Counted from the whole stretch's first letter, positions 28,951-39,507 are shown. The stretch is DNA of 61,912 bases, filler included, from 3 parts of 3 records of this genome joined end to end with filler, not necessarily neighbours in it, one strand, 5' to 3'. Made by a program: numbers and translations. The notes: generated by a model from the letters alone, not told the origin.

Positions 28951-29646
28951 TTGCTCAAATTCATCATAAAACGGCTGGGCCTCGCGATCTTGGTGGCGCT
29001 CACCGTGTCCTTTATCAGTTTTATCCTGTTGTTCCTATCGGGTGATCCGGCTGCCGCCCTTGCCGGCGAAGGGGCCACGGATGAGGATGTCCATGCGATC
29101 CGCGCCCTCTATGGCTTTGACCGACCGGTGCTGGTGCAATACGCCAGCTGGCTGCTGAATGCGATTTCCGGTGATTTCGGAGAAAGCTATTATTTCAAGC
29201 TGCCGGTTGCAGGTTTGTTGGCCGAACGCCTGTCCATCACCATGTTGCTGGGGCTCTGCGGCATCAGCTTTGCCTTGCTGACCGCCGTGCCCTTGGGCGT
29301 GATGGCCGCAATCCGGCCCAATTCCCTGATTGATCGTTTTGCCCTGTTTTTGTCGGTTGCCGGGCAAGCCCTGCCCTCTTTCTGGTTCGGGCTGATCCTG
29401 ATCGTGGTCTTTGCGATCAAGCTGCAATGGTTGCCGGTCTCCGGGTCGGGCAGTTGGCAGCATTTCATCATGCCGACAATTGTCTTGGGCTATTACGCGA
29501 TGCCCGCCATCATGCGATTGACCCGTGCGGGCATGCTTGAGGTGCTTTCATCCGATTACATCCGCACCGCCCGTGCCAAAGGCGCACCCGAGGGTGTTGT
29601 GATGTTCAAACACGCGCTGCGCAATGCGATCATTCCGGTGGTCAGC
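28951..29646 (+). CDS. ABC permease (DppB-like), 3'-truncated by contig end
   Basis: SGDPA, GDFGESY, DYIRTARAKG and HALRNAIIP. Confidence 0.92.
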
Positions 29647-29746
29647 NNNNNNNNNNNNNNNNNNNNNNNNNNNNNNNNNNNNNNNNNNNNTTAATTAATT
29701 AANNNNNNNNNNNNNNNNNNNNNNNNNNNNNNNNNNNNNNNNNNNN
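29647..29746. other. Artificial contig spacer
   Basis: N44-TTAATTAATTAA-N44, which places stops in all six frames. Confidence 0.99.
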
Positions 29747-29747
29747 C

Positions 29748-30341
29748 TACATCGTCGGCCTGCTGGCGGACCAGTTCCTCCGCAAAACCGGCGGCGGCAA
29801 AGTCATCCACGACCCAAGGCTGACCTGGAACACCATCGACCTGGTCAAAGCGGCCGGCGGCGAAGCCATTGAAAGCAAAACCGGACACGCCTTCATCAAA
29901 CAGCGCATGCGCGACGAAGACGCCGTGTACGGCGGCGAAATGAGTGCTCACCACTACTTCCGCGACTTCGCCTACTGCGACAGCGGCATGATCCCCTGGT
30001 TGCTCGTTGCCGAACGCCTGTGCCAGTCCGGCCAGACCTTGTCGTCCCTCATCGACGCCCGCATAGACGCCTACCCGGCCAGCGGCGAAATCAACCGCAC
30101 CATCGCCGACCCACCCAAGGTCATCGCCGCCATCGAAGCGAAATACAGCGTGGGCGCCAAAAACGTTTCCCACGTCGACGGCGTCAGCATCGAATTCGAC
30201 GACTGGCGGTTCAACCTGCGGATGTCCAACACGGAGCCGGTGGTCCGCCTAAACGTGGAATCCCGTGGTGACATACCGTTGATGAAGGAAAAGACGGAAG
30301 AGTTGCTGGCGGAAATGCAAAGACTAAACGAGGAAGGCTGA
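29748..30341 (+). CDS. manB: Phosphomannomutase (CpsG/ManB type), 5'-truncated
   Basis: [21 protein letters not shown] and [17 protein letters not shown]. Confidence 0.92.
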   Translation, partial: YIVGLLADQFLRKTGGGKVIHDPRLTWNTIDLVKAAGGEAIESKTGHAFIKQRMRDEDAVYGGEMSAHHYFRDFAYCDSGMIPWLLVAERLCQSGQTLSSLIDARIDAYPASGEINRTIADPPKVIAAIEAKYSVGAKNVSHVDGVSIEFDDWRFNLRMSNTEPVVRLNVESRGDIPLMKEKTEELLAEMQRLNEEG

Positions 30342-30348
30342 CTCCGAA

Positions 30349-30487
30349 CTTTGGGGCAGGCCGGCATGGTTCCCTCTCCCGAAACTGTGCGGAGCCATGG
30401 ATGGCGAAGCCCAAGCGTCACATGGATGTGCCGCAAGGAGCGTGTTTCGGGAGAGGGAACCATGACGGTCTGTCTTGCACCAAAAGC
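30349..30487. repeat. Palindromic intergenic repeat (REP/MITE-like)
   Basis: Perfect 21-bp inverted repeat at 30365-30385 and 30444-30464, enclosing catggatg motifs. Lies between convergent genes. Confidence 0.8.
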
Positions 30488-30503
30488 AAAAGCCAAAAAC
30501 CAC

Positions 30504-31673
30504 TCAAAGCCAGTCGTTCAGCATAATCCCGATACCAATCCGCTGAATCCGCTCGTTGTAATCAATCAGACTCTCACCATAGCCATTGTAATAATGCACA
30601 TAGCCCTTGATCGTATCCCCCATCGGAAAGCTGTAGCCCAACTCAATCGACGTTTTATTGTCTGAGCGGAGATTATTCATCAGCTTCATGGACAGCGTGC
30701 GATCCTCCGTCCACTTGTAAATGGCCATGTAATTGGCATACCCCACGTAACGCTCAATATCCGCATTGTCATCCTCGCTTTTATCCTCCGGCAGGCGATA
30801 CCAGGGCTGAAGGATAAACAGCCAGCGGTCATAGCTGTAAGCCGCCGACCCCACGATCCGGTTCCAGCTGCGGGAACGGGGCTCTGACTGACCATTGGAC
30901 TCGTGGTTAAAACCAAGCGTCACGCCATTCAGCGTCCCCGGCCCGATGTCGTAGTTGGTCGCATAGCGCACGAAAATCTCCGGCTCGTAGTTAGTCTCCC
31001 GGAACGGCGCGGAATCATCCGTGTTGTAGACCTGCCAGAAGGACTTCTGTGTATAGCCAAACCAAAGCGTTGTGCGCTCATCCAGCCAGCCCGTCAACAA
31101 AGGTACCTTGAAACTGATCTGGTACTTGGCTTCCTGATTGTCGATGGTGTAGTCGTAGTCCGTCGCGCCGAGTCTCGGGCTCGTGGGTTCTCGATTGGCA
31201 TTCTTCATATAACTGAACGGCAGGATATACATCGGGCGATGGCCGACAAAGCTGCCGGAAAACGAGAAAATGGCCTTCTCAGCGGCCACATAACGGTTCA
31301 ATATCGCTGACATCACGCCAGTATCGTCGCCTTCCTTTTTGGCGGCGTCTTTTTCCACACTCTCCAAAGTGGCGTCCCCATCCTTCGCACTCACGGTCTC
31401 CTTGTACTTTAATCCTTCCGTTGATTTGTCGATGGCCTCCAGGCTGTCGTCAGAAGCACCGTTCCGAGCTGTGGCGGGATCATTGATCGCGTCATAACAC
31501 GCCAGACGCTGCACACCATCCTTGATCAGGGCACACTCCTCTGGGGTAACGTCTTCGAAATTGCGGTTGTTGGGTGTCTCGTCCTGTGCGCTGACCACCG
31601 ATGGCAGGCACAGATTCAGAGACAGCAGCAAACCGGCTAGCCGCGAAGTCATTGGGCGGTAAGCGATAGGCAT
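30504..31673 (-). CDS. pldA: Outer-membrane phospholipase A
   Basis: KYQISFK, PFRETNYEPE, catalytic HESNG, SRSWNR and GYGESLIDYN. Start codon uncertain. Confidence 0.92.
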   Translation of the reverse strand: MPIAYRPMTSRLAGLLLSLNLCLPSVVSAQDETPNNRNFEDVTPEECALIKDGVQRLACYDAINDPATARNGASDDSLEAIDKSTEGLKYKETVSAKDGDATLESVEKDAAKKEGDDTGVMSAILNRYVAAEKAIFSFSGSFVGHRPMYILPFSYMKNANREPTSPRLGATDYDYTIDNQEAKYQISFKVPLLTGWLDERTTLWFGYTQKSFWQVYNTDDSAPFRETNYEPEIFVRYATNYDIGPGTLNGVTLGFNHESNGQSEPRSRSWNRIVGSAAYSYDRWLFILQPWYRLPEDKSEDDNADIERYVGYANYMAIYKWTEDRTLSMKLMNNLRSDNKTSIELGYSFPMGDTIKGYVHYYNGYGESLIDYNERIQRIGIGIMLNDWL

Positions 31674-31683
31674 GATCCTGTCC

Positions 31684-32016
31684 TTATGCATTGGAAAGAC
31701 TGATCCAGGTATTGGCAATGCCGTAGGCCCAGACACCGAGCAACGTTATCACCAGCAGGGAAAACACCACCTTGTGGCGGGGTTTACGGTCTGCAGCGGC
31801 GGCAACCACCCAGCGCAGATACATCAATCCAATAAAACTGATAAACACCGCCAGGCTGGCGGCAGCAGGAATCAACAGCCAGGCCGGGCTCAGTGCGGCC
31901 CCGTCTTCCGCGCGACTGGAAAACCAGCCCATGGACACAAGCAACAGGGCCACGGCGGTGAATTCGGTGATCAGCAACGGCTTTCGCCAGGGGTGCGGCT
32001 GGTTGGCATCAGGCAT
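31684..32016 (-). CDS. Small membrane protein, about three TM segments
   Basis: Hydrophobic 110-aa ORF with gagg SD, co-oriented with pldA. Confidence 0.65.
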   Translation of the reverse strand: MPDANQPHPWRKPLLITEFTAVALLLVSMGWFSSRAEDGAALSPAWLLIPAAASLAVFISFIGLMYLRWVVAAAADRKPRHKVVFSLLVITLLGVWAYGIANTWISLSNA

Positions 32017-32208
32017 ACATGTTTACCCTCGGTATCTGTTTTGTGCATGGTACCCGGAAAGCGCTTCCGGAGCCCTCTGACTTACGAAATGGCAACGAAA
32101 GTTGATTGAAATCGGGTGTTGATTTTGCAGTTTGGTTTTTTTGGCCTGCCGCAGTCGCTATAATGCGGGCACTAACGATTATAACGCCCAATTGTGAGGT
32201 GCATTGTG

Positions 32209-32625
32209 ATGATGAAGAGAGTCCTGGCTGCCGTATTGCTTGGTTTCGGCCTGACCACAGGTGCCGTAATGGCCAATGTTGAAGATGAAATCCGTGCTCG
32301 CATTGCCCCGGTCGGCGAAGTGTGCGTCCAGGGTGAAGACTGCGGGCAGGCAGCCGCACCCGCTGCAAGCGCAAGCTCGGGCCCCCGTTCCGGCAGTGAG
32401 GTTTACGATGCAGCCTGCACGGCCTGTCACAGCACCGGTGCGGCCGGCGCACCGAAGAAGGGCGACACAGCGGCCTGGTCACCCCGCATAGAGAAAGGGC
32501 TGGACACTCTGGTCAGCCACGCCATCAACGGCTTCAACGCAATGCCGGCCAAGGGCGGCTGTTCAGGCTGTTCCGATGAAGAAATCGAGAGCGCGGTCGA
32601 ACACATGGTCGAGGCCAGCCAGTAA
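32209..32625 (+). CDS. Cytochrome c5
   Basis: Signal peptide, RIAPVGEV, heme motif CTACH and NAMPAKGGCSGCSDEE. Confidence 0.93.
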   Translation: MMKRVLAAVLLGFGLTTGAVMANVEDEIRARIAPVGEVCVQGEDCGQAAAPAASASSGPRSGSEVYDAACTACHSTGAAGAPKKGDTAAWSPRIEKGLDTLVSHAINGFNAMPAKGGCSGCSDEEIESAVEHMVEASQ

Positions 32626-32651
32626 TAATCGTTGTTCGGTATCTGGTAAAC

Positions 32652-32684
32652 AAAAAAGCCCCCGCATATAACGGGGGCTTTTTT
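32652..32684. terminator. Bidirectional intrinsic terminator
   Basis: aaaaaagcccccg-catataa-cgggggctttttt between convergent genes. Confidence 0.9.
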
Positions 32685-32707
32685 GTGGTTAGCGGAACGG
32701 TTGATCA

Positions 32708-33238
32708 TCATTCAATGCGCAGATAGGTCAGATCCCCCGCGATGCGATCAGCGCCATTCCTGGCGGTGGTTACCTCAATGGACCAGGTTTTGGGCCCGCT
32801 GCCACCGTCGGTGTCATGCAAACCATTGAGGCGGGAGTCCAGCCAGCCAAAAGCGCCTGACTGAGACATGGTCACCCAGGCCGTCTGGCCCGGTTCCGTT
32901 GATCGGTTTGGTAGCGCTTTCCAGCTCGGGCTGTCCGTATTAACGGTGACGTCGGTCCGGGTAAACCGTATAAACGCCTTGCCGTCTGTGCCGAGCACGG
33001 TCAGAGGTTCTTCCCCTTTATACCGCAGCAATATCCCGGGGCGGGGCGCGTCCAGAATGATCGCGCTGAGCCCGGGAATATCAGGCTGATGTGCTATTCG
33101 GGCCTTTACGATGCCGTCCGGTACCTCTTCTGTCTCCGGGGCGCCGTGGGCGCCCGCCAGCCCTGAGGCTGACAGGGACGCCAGGCCGAACAACACCAGG
33201 GCCGCCAGGCGGCATCCGGTCTGTTCGAGGTGTTTCAT
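32708..33238 (-). CDS. Secreted hypothetical protein; predicted mature N-terminal His
   Basis: SD aggag and signal peptide ending AGA|HGAPE. Starts 17 nt after the oxidase gene. Confidence 0.7.
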   Translation of the reverse strand: MKHLEQTGCRLAALVLFGLASLSASGLAGAHGAPETEEVPDGIVKARIAHQPDIPGLSAIILDAPRPGILLRYKGEEPLTVLGTDGKAFIRFTRTDVTVNTDSPSWKALPNRSTEPGQTAWVTMSQSGAFGWLDSRLNGLHDTDGGSGPKTWSIEVTTARNGADRIAGDLTYLRIE

Positions 33239-33255
33239 AGTGACGCTCCTGTCGG

Positions 33256-35505
33256 TTATAGCAGTTCCAGGGTTGATTCAATGATGCCGCCGCTGGTGGT
33301 GGTATCGCTGGCCATCTGCGTGGGCACCATACAGGCGAGGTTTTCATTCACCACCGTGATCGGCGCAGACACCGATGGCACGCGGCCGTCAGCCGTATCC
33401 TTGCTGACGAACAGCATGTACTCGCCAGCGGGCACCACATTGTGGTTGTCCGGCATGGTCAGGGTCAGCTTATTGCCAGGGCCCCGCTGCATCACCAGCT
33501 CAATGGCGCGTTGGTCACCGTCGATCACGTGAGTCATCACCGTGCGCCGGATCAGCAGAGCCTTGTCGATCTGATCGGCCTGGTCCACCTTGATGTTGAA
33601 TCGGTCGCCGATGGTCAGATTGCTTGGCGCGCTGGTAATGTTGGGGCGGTCATCCCGCATGGCGTAGGGCGGTGTGTAGATCTCGAAACTCGGGTCGCGG
33701 CCGTCATAGGGCGCAAGTCCGAAATCCTGGAGATCCACAAACGTCAGGTAGGCGGTGTTGATGGGTGAGTGGCCGGCAACCATCACGCGGCCGTCCTCCA
33801 TCAGTACCGCTGTATTGTGGTAGGTCCGGGCACGGTGGCCAGTGGCCATTTCCGTCCATTCGCCGGTTTCCGGATCAAACCGCTCGGCGGTGCGGATCGG
33901 GCCTTCGAGGCCAGGTGCCACCACGCCGTCGCGGTTGCCGCCGCTGAACACCATCACGGTGCCGTCGGGCATCACCACGTTTGTACCGTACCAGCGAGGT
34001 TGATTCAGTGGTCCTGCCAGGCGGGACTCGTAGCCGATTTCGTCTCCGTTGGTCGTGATCGTATCGATGCGGGTCTGGTCGGTGGGCAGGTAGCCACCGG
34101 GGTTGGTCAGTACCGCGTAGCTGGGTACGCCGCCTGCCGTCAGCAGCTCGACGTTGTTATAGTCACCGTTGGCGTCGGGTTTCAGCGGCAACATGGTAGA
34201 GGACGTGGAACCCCTCATGCCGCCAGCGATGGCCATGCGCAGGTCTTCTTCGGAGACCCCAAGGTCTGACGCACTGGTCAGCAAGTCCGTGGGCGAATCC
34301 AGTACATCACCCAGGAGCGAGCCTACCTGGTTGAGAGACAGGTTGGTGATGTTCAGGGTGCTGGTCAACTGGCCCAGCCCGGCTTCATCCAGGCGCAGCG
34401 GCAGCCCGGCATAACCGATGTCGTTCCAGCGCTGGGTGTCCGGGTTAAAGCTGGCAACGATGTTCCACAGCGCCTGATCGTAACCCTGGCCGAACGGATT
34501 GAAGGCCTGGCCACCGGCGTTGTAGAAGATGTGCCCGTTGGGGAGCAGATGCATCCGTGGGTACAGCGGCAGCGAGCGATCAGCGGTGGACGGATTCTCG
34601 CTCCAGGTGCCGGCGCAGGGATCGTAGGTCTCCGTCTGCACCACGTTGCGCCCGCTGTTCAGCGGCTCATCCGGATAGACCGGCTTCAGCAGCTTGGTCA
34701 CGCCACTGGCGACAAACACATTGCCGTTGCCCATGGTGACCAGCGACGGATACCAGCGGCCGTAGGTCATATCACCACTCTGGGTCCAGGTGTTGGTCTC
34801 TTCGTCGAATATCCTCGAGTTCTTGATACCCTCCAATTCGGCAACCCCCAGAGGCAGGCCGTCAATGCCGGGCTCTGAATAATAGTCGGTGCCGCCGACG
34901 GCCATCACGTTGCCGTTGGCCAGCCCGGTCACATCAGAGCAGAAGAGCGCACCGTCGTTTTTACTGGTGTTGTCGGCGGTATCAATCAGGCCATCCAGGT
35001 CTGTGCCGTTGAGCAGGGTTTCACTGTCGTTACCGTCCGGGTTGGCGCCCGCGTCCAGTGGTGCCGGTTTCAGCCAGGACGGGTTGTCGTTTTCGTCGAG
35101 AGACAGTACGCGGGTCTGGTCGTTGACGGACACCTCGCCGAATTCGGCGACGATCGACAGCTCAACATTTTCCGTGCCTTCAAGCGCGTTCAGGTAAAGC
35201 AGGCGTCCATCCTTGAGAAGTGCCATGGTGCCGGCCGCAGGCTTGCATTCGTCCATGCCATCAGCGCGGGTGATGCATTTTTGATCGGTCTGAACCTCTT
35301 GACCATCCACGATGATGGTGGGCTCGGCAAAGGGGTCGCTGAAGGCGCCCTTCTGCGTTGCAGACGTTTCGGTCTGAGCCGTCGAGTCATCAGAGGAGCC
35401 GCCAAGAAGGTTGCCGAGCAGCCCCGCATTGACGGGGGTCGATCCGACAGCCACCAGCAGCAGTGAGCCGGTGACCGTCGACAATCGGTTGGATAGACGG
35501 GACAT
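33256..35505 (-). CDS. Copper-radical oxidase (galactose/glyoxal oxidase, AA5-like) with Kelch propeller and DUF1929-like C-terminus
   Basis: Signal peptide; LFCS, RWYPS, PLYPRMHLLPNG, RTYHN and MTH supply the Cys, Tyr, Tyr-His and His ligand set. Confidence 0.85.
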   Translation of the reverse strand: MSRLSNRLSTVTGSLLLVAVGSTPVNAGLLGNLLGGSSDDSTAQTETSATQKGAFSDPFAEPTIIVDGQEVQTDQKCITRADGMDECKPAAGTMALLKDGRLLYLNALEGTENVELSIVAEFGEVSVNDQTRVLSLDENDNPSWLKPAPLDAGANPDGNDSETLLNGTDLDGLIDTADNTSKNDGALFCSDVTGLANGNVMAVGGTDYYSEPGIDGLPLGVAELEGIKNSRIFDEETNTWTQSGDMTYGRWYPSLVTMGNGNVFVASGVTKLLKPVYPDEPLNSGRNVVQTETYDPCAGTWSENPSTADRSLPLYPRMHLLPNGHIFYNAGGQAFNPFGQGYDQALWNIVASFNPDTQRWNDIGYAGLPLRLDEAGLGQLTSTLNITNLSLNQVGSLLGDVLDSPTDLLTSASDLGVSEEDLRMAIAGGMRGSTSSTMLPLKPDANGDYNNVELLTAGGVPSYAVLTNPGGYLPTDQTRIDTITTNGDEIGYESRLAGPLNQPRWYGTNVVMPDGTVMVFSGGNRDGVVAPGLEGPIRTAERFDPETGEWTEMATGHRARTYHNTAVLMEDGRVMVAGHSPINTAYLTFVDLQDFGLAPYDGRDPSFEIYTPPYAMRDDRPNITSAPSNLTIGDRFNIKVDQADQIDKALLIRRTVMTHVIDGDQRAIELVMQRGPGNKLTLTMPDNHNVVPAGEYMLFVSKDTADGRVPSVSAPITVVNENLACMVPTQMASDTTTSGGIIESTLELL

Positions 35506-35608
35506 GATGTCCTCCTGAGTTGTTGTTGTATTGACAGGAAACGGAGTTCCCTGTGGAGCTACGGATCAGGAGGTCGTCGAGTTGCAGTAATTGTGAAAAA
35601 AAGTGAAA

Positions 35609-37627
35609 TCAGCTCCCAAGATCGCCCAGCAGGGCGCTGAGCGTTGCCTTACCTTTCTTCTGGTTGGCTTCCACGTCCAGATCGCCAGTCCCTTCCCATC
35701 TCAGATCGTCCTCGGGCAGCTCATCGAGAAACCGACTTGGAATGGTTTCCAACTTTTCGCCGTACTGTTTGCGCTGGGCGGCAAACGTAAGGGTCAGCGT
35801 TTCCCGGGCGCGGGTGATGCCGACGTACATCAGTCGCCGTTCTTCCTCGATATTGCCTTCCTCGATGCTGGAGCGGTGGGGCAGTATCTCTTCTTCCAGG
35901 CCCATGATGAACACGTGGGGAAACTCCAGGCCCTTGGAGGCGTGAAGTGTTAGCAATTGAACCTTGTCGCTGTCGTCCTCTTCTTCACGCTGTTCCATCA
36001 TGTCCCGCAGGATTAATCGACTGATGGCGTCTTCAATGCCCATCTCGTCGGCCGTGCCCTTGCCATCGTCAAGCATGCGCTGGATGGATTCCACCAGGTA
36101 CCAGATATTCTCCATCCGCCGCTCTGCCTGCTTCGGCGAACCGGAGTGCAGGTGCAACCACTCTTCGTATTCGATGTCGGTGAACAGCTGCTTTATGACG
36201 GGGATGGGGTCTTCGGTGTGCAGGCGTTCGCAGGTGTTGTCCACCCAATGAGCAAAGCGGCGAAGGCGGTCCAGCCCCTTTTCAGTGACATGGGTTTCAA
36301 CGCCCATGTCACCCAGGGCGCGGAACAGGCTGACGTTGCGGGAGCGGGCGTAGTGGCTGAGCTGTTCAAGCGTGCGGGGGCCGATTTCACGGCGAGGCAC
36401 GTTCACCACCCGCAGGAACGCCGCGTCGTCATCCGGGTTCACCAGCAGGCGCAGGTAGGACATGGCATCCTTGATCTCGTTCTTGGAGAAAAAGGACTGG
36501 CCTCCCGAGATACGGTAGGGAATCTGGTAGGCCTGCAGCTTCATCTCCAGCAGTCGGGCCTGATGGTTGCCGCGATAGAGTACGGCGAAATCCCGGAAGG
36601 CCAGGCCTTTCTTGAGCTTCTGATCGAGGATTTCCGTGGCGACCCGTTCGGATTCCGCGTCTTCGCTGCGGCAGCGTACGATGCGCAGTTCATCCCCAAT
36701 GGTGTGGTCGCTCCACAGGGCTTTCTCGAACACGTGGGGGTTGTTGGCGATGACCGTGTTGGCGCAGCGAAGGATGCGGACCGTTGAGCGGTAATTCTGT
36801 TCGAGTTTAACGATCTTGAGGCTGGGGAAGTCCTCTTTTAACTGCGCCAGGTTTTCCGGCCGGGCGCCACGCCAGGCATAGATGGACTGATCGTCATCGC
36901 CAACCACGGTAAATGCGGCACGCTCGGCCACCAACAGCTTGACCAGTTCATACTGACAAACGTTGGTGTCCTGATACTCATCCACCAGCATATAGCGGAT
37001 TTTGCGCCGCCATTTCTGCAAAACGTCGGGGTTGTCGCGGAACAGTTGCACCGGTAGCAGGATAAGATCGTCGAAATCGACGGCGTTGTAGGCTTTCAGA
37101 TACTCGTTGTAATACCGGTAAATAATGGCAATGCGCTGTTCCCGTTCGTCTGCGGCCCGGCTCCACGCATCCTGCGGGCTGCGCATGGCGTTCTTCCAGG
37201 ACGAGATGGTCATTTGTACGTCGGACAGTTCGTCGCCGGCGTCCGCACTGGCCTCCCGCATCATCAGGTCCTGCAGCAGGGCCTTGGCGTCTTCCGCATC
37301 GAATATGGAAAAGCCCGGGTGATAGCCCAGGTGCTCATGCTCCTCGCGGATCATGTTCAGCCCGAGGTTGTGGAAGGTGGAGACAATCAGGCCCCGGGTC
37401 AGCTTGCGATCCACCAGGCGCCCGACGCGTTCTTTCATCTCCCTGGCGGCCTTGTTGGTGAAGGTGACCGCCGCGATGTGTCGCCCCGGAATGCCGAGGT
37501 GTTCGATAAGGTAGGCCACCTTGCGGGTGATCACGCTGGTCTTGCCGCTGCCAGCACCGGCAAGCACCAGCATGGGACCGTCTGCGTAGCGGACAGCTTC
37601 ACTCTGTCGGGGGTTGAGCTTGTTCAC
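35609..37627 (-). CDS. rep: ATP-dependent DNA helicase Rep
   Basis: LAGAGSGKT, VDEYQDTN, VGDDDQSIY and TLHASKGLEF; 672 aa. Confidence 0.95.
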   Translation of the reverse strand: MNKLNPRQSEAVRYADGPMLVLAGAGSGKTSVITRKVAYLIEHLGIPGRHIAAVTFTNKAAREMKERVGRLVDRKLTRGLIVSTFHNLGLNMIREEHEHLGYHPGFSIFDAEDAKALLQDLMMREASADAGDELSDVQMTISSWKNAMRSPQDAWSRAADEREQRIAIIYRYYNEYLKAYNAVDFDDLILLPVQLFRDNPDVLQKWRRKIRYMLVDEYQDTNVCQYELVKLLVAERAAFTVVGDDDQSIYAWRGARPENLAQLKEDFPSLKIVKLEQNYRSTVRILRCANTVIANNPHVFEKALWSDHTIGDELRIVRCRSEDAESERVATEILDQKLKKGLAFRDFAVLYRGNHQARLLEMKLQAYQIPYRISGGQSFFSKNEIKDAMSYLRLLVNPDDDAAFLRVVNVPRREIGPRTLEQLSHYARSRNVSLFRALGDMGVETHVTEKGLDRLRRFAHWVDNTCERLHTEDPIPVIKQLFTDIEYEEWLHLHSGSPKQAERRMENIWYLVESIQRMLDDGKGTADEMGIEDAISRLILRDMMEQREEEDDSDKVQLLTLHASKGLEFPHVFIMGLEEEILPHRSSIEEGNIEEERRLMYVGITRARETLTLTFAAQRKQYGEKLETIPSRFLDELPEDDLRWEGTGDLDVEANQKKGKATLSALLGDLGS

Positions 37628-37770
37628 AATAATCGCGCCAATCCGGGAAATTCCGAGACATCTTGGGAAGCGGACATTCTACACCAGGCAGACTTGCTGT
37701 ACCTTGACGATCTATCAGCTATTCTAGAGGGAACGGAGATGTTTGATCACGAGGAACGGGACGCTTCTTG

Positions 37771-39507
37771 ATGACCCTGGCAGTAAAACAAACCAACCCC
37801 GGCCGTGTACGGCTGCTGGTGCTGACACCGGAGTATTCGGATTTTCTCTGGTTCGGAGCGCTCCTGTCCCGTGATATTGAAATGGAGCCGGACCTGACCT
37901 GGTGCCCGGATCTTATCGACTGCGACGATCTGATACGCAATACCCATTTTGACGTTATCCTCTGGGACTGTGTGTTTCATGGCGGTTCCGAAGACGCCTT
38001 CCTGCAGTACCTGTCGGTATCCAGCAATGAAAAACCGGTTCTGGCACTGAGCGCAGAGCCAGCGTCAGAGCGCGCCGTTGATCTGCTGGCCAACGGCGCG
38101 TCGGACTATCTGTGTCGTCAGTCGCTGGAAGAGTGGGGGCTGCGCCGCGCGGTACGATGCCTCTGGTACCGTCAGCAGCTGTCTGAGTCCGCCCATGGCC
38201 AGCTGGGCCGGGAAGTCGCCAGTGGTTTTATCAACCGAGACCTGTTCTTTGATCGCCTGCAGCAGGCGTTGCTGAGGGCTGAGCGGGCCAGCCAGCGACT
38301 GGCGCTGTTGCACATCAACCTGGACGATTTCCGCAGCTTCAACGAATCCTACGGTTACCAGAAGAGTGACCAGATCATGCTGAAGCTGGCAGAGCGGTTG
38401 CGACAGAATTTGCGGCGGGTGGATTCGCTGATGCGCATTGGGGGTGATGAGTTTGCGATTATCATCGAGAAAGTCGAAGACTCCCTCGATATCACGCAGA
38501 TCATCCGGAAAATCGTGAATGCCCTGGGCGAGCCGTTCAGCATTGAAGGGCAGAGCGTTGTGGTCAGTGCCAGTCTGGGCGTCGCGACCTATCCAGAAGC
38601 GGGCGATAGCCCTGAAAACCTGTTACGGCGGGCCAATCGAGCCATGTTCGAGGCCAAGCGCGACCCCGGCACCAGCTACCGATTCTACGATCGGCAACTG
38701 CACATTACCGCCGGTTACCAGCTTCGTCTGGAAGCGGATCTGCGCAACGCGCTGCGTGGCAACGAGCTGGAAGTCTATTACCAGCCTCGCATCGACCTCG
38801 CTTCCGAAGAGGTGCGGGGCGTGGAATGCCTGTTGCGATGGAATCACCCGGAACGGGGTCTCGTGGGGCCGGATGAATTCATCCCGGTGGCCGAGCGCAG
38901 CGGGCTGATCGTGCCGATCGGGTATTGGGTGATTGAACAGGCCTGTAAACGTCTGCAGGAGTGTTCTGAACTGGGTCATCCGGGGTTGGTCTTCGCAGTG
39001 AATCTGTCTTTCCGCCAGTTTCATGACCGCAAGATGACGGAAACCATCTTCCGAATCATCTTCAACGCGAATGTGGACACCAGCCTGTTGGAGCTTGAGC
39101 TCACAGAAAGCGCCATGATGCACGACCCGGAATACGCACAGCGATGTCTTCGGGAGCTAAACCAATTAGGCATCAGTTTTGCCCTGGACGATTTCGGAAC
39201 CGGGTTCTCCTCCCTCAGCAACCTGCAGCACCTGCCCATCTCTCTCGTCAAAATCGACAAATCCTTCGTTCAGGAATTAGGCCAGTCCGCCGACGCGGAA
39301 CACATTATCCGTGCCATTATCAGCCTCGCCCACAGCCTGCAAATCAGTGTGGTGGCGGAAGGGGTGGAGACGGAGGGGCAACTGGAATTTCTGCGACAGC
39401 AACACTGTGATGAAATTCAGGGTTATTACTACGCCCGCCCCATGCCCTGGGCAGATCTTGTTCAATTCCTGGACAACCGTATCCAGTCTGCTTGCCTGCA
39501 GCAATAA
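37771..39507 (+). CDS. Receiver-like + GGDEF + EAL protein
   Basis: IGGDEF, ECLLRW (EAL variant), ELTES, LDDFGTG and VAEGVET. Confidence 0.92.
   Translation: MTLAVKQTNPGRVRLLVLTPEYSDFLWFGALLSRDIEMEPDLTWCPDLIDCDDLIRNTHFDVILWDCVFHGGSEDAFLQYLSVSSNEKPVLALSAEPASERAVDLLANGASDYLCRQSLEEWGLRRAVRCLWYRQQLSESAHGQLGREVASGFINRDLFFDRLQQALLRAERASQRLALLHINLDDFRSFNESYGYQKSDQIMLKLAERLRQNLRRVDSLMRIGGDEFAIIIEKVEDSLDITQIIRKIVNALGEPFSIEGQSVVVSASLGVATYPEAGDSPENLLRRANRAMFEAKRDPGTSYRFYDRQLHITAGYQLRLEADLRNALRGNELEVYYQPRIDLASEEVRGVECLLRWNHPERGLVGPDEFIPVAERSGLIVPIGYWVIEQACKRLQECSELGHPGLVFAVNLSFRQFHDRKMTETIFRIIFNANVDTSLLELELTESAMMHDPEYAQRCLRELNQLGISFALDDFGTGFSSLSNLQHLPISLVKIDKSFVQELGQSADAEHIIRAIISLAHSLQISVVAEGVETEGQLEFLRQQHCDEIQGYYYARPMPWADLVQFLDNRIQSACLQQ

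Noticed and set aside
29691-29702. TTAATTAATTAA as a biological site
   Set aside because: It is an assembly linker flanked by Ns, repeated at 55970-55981.
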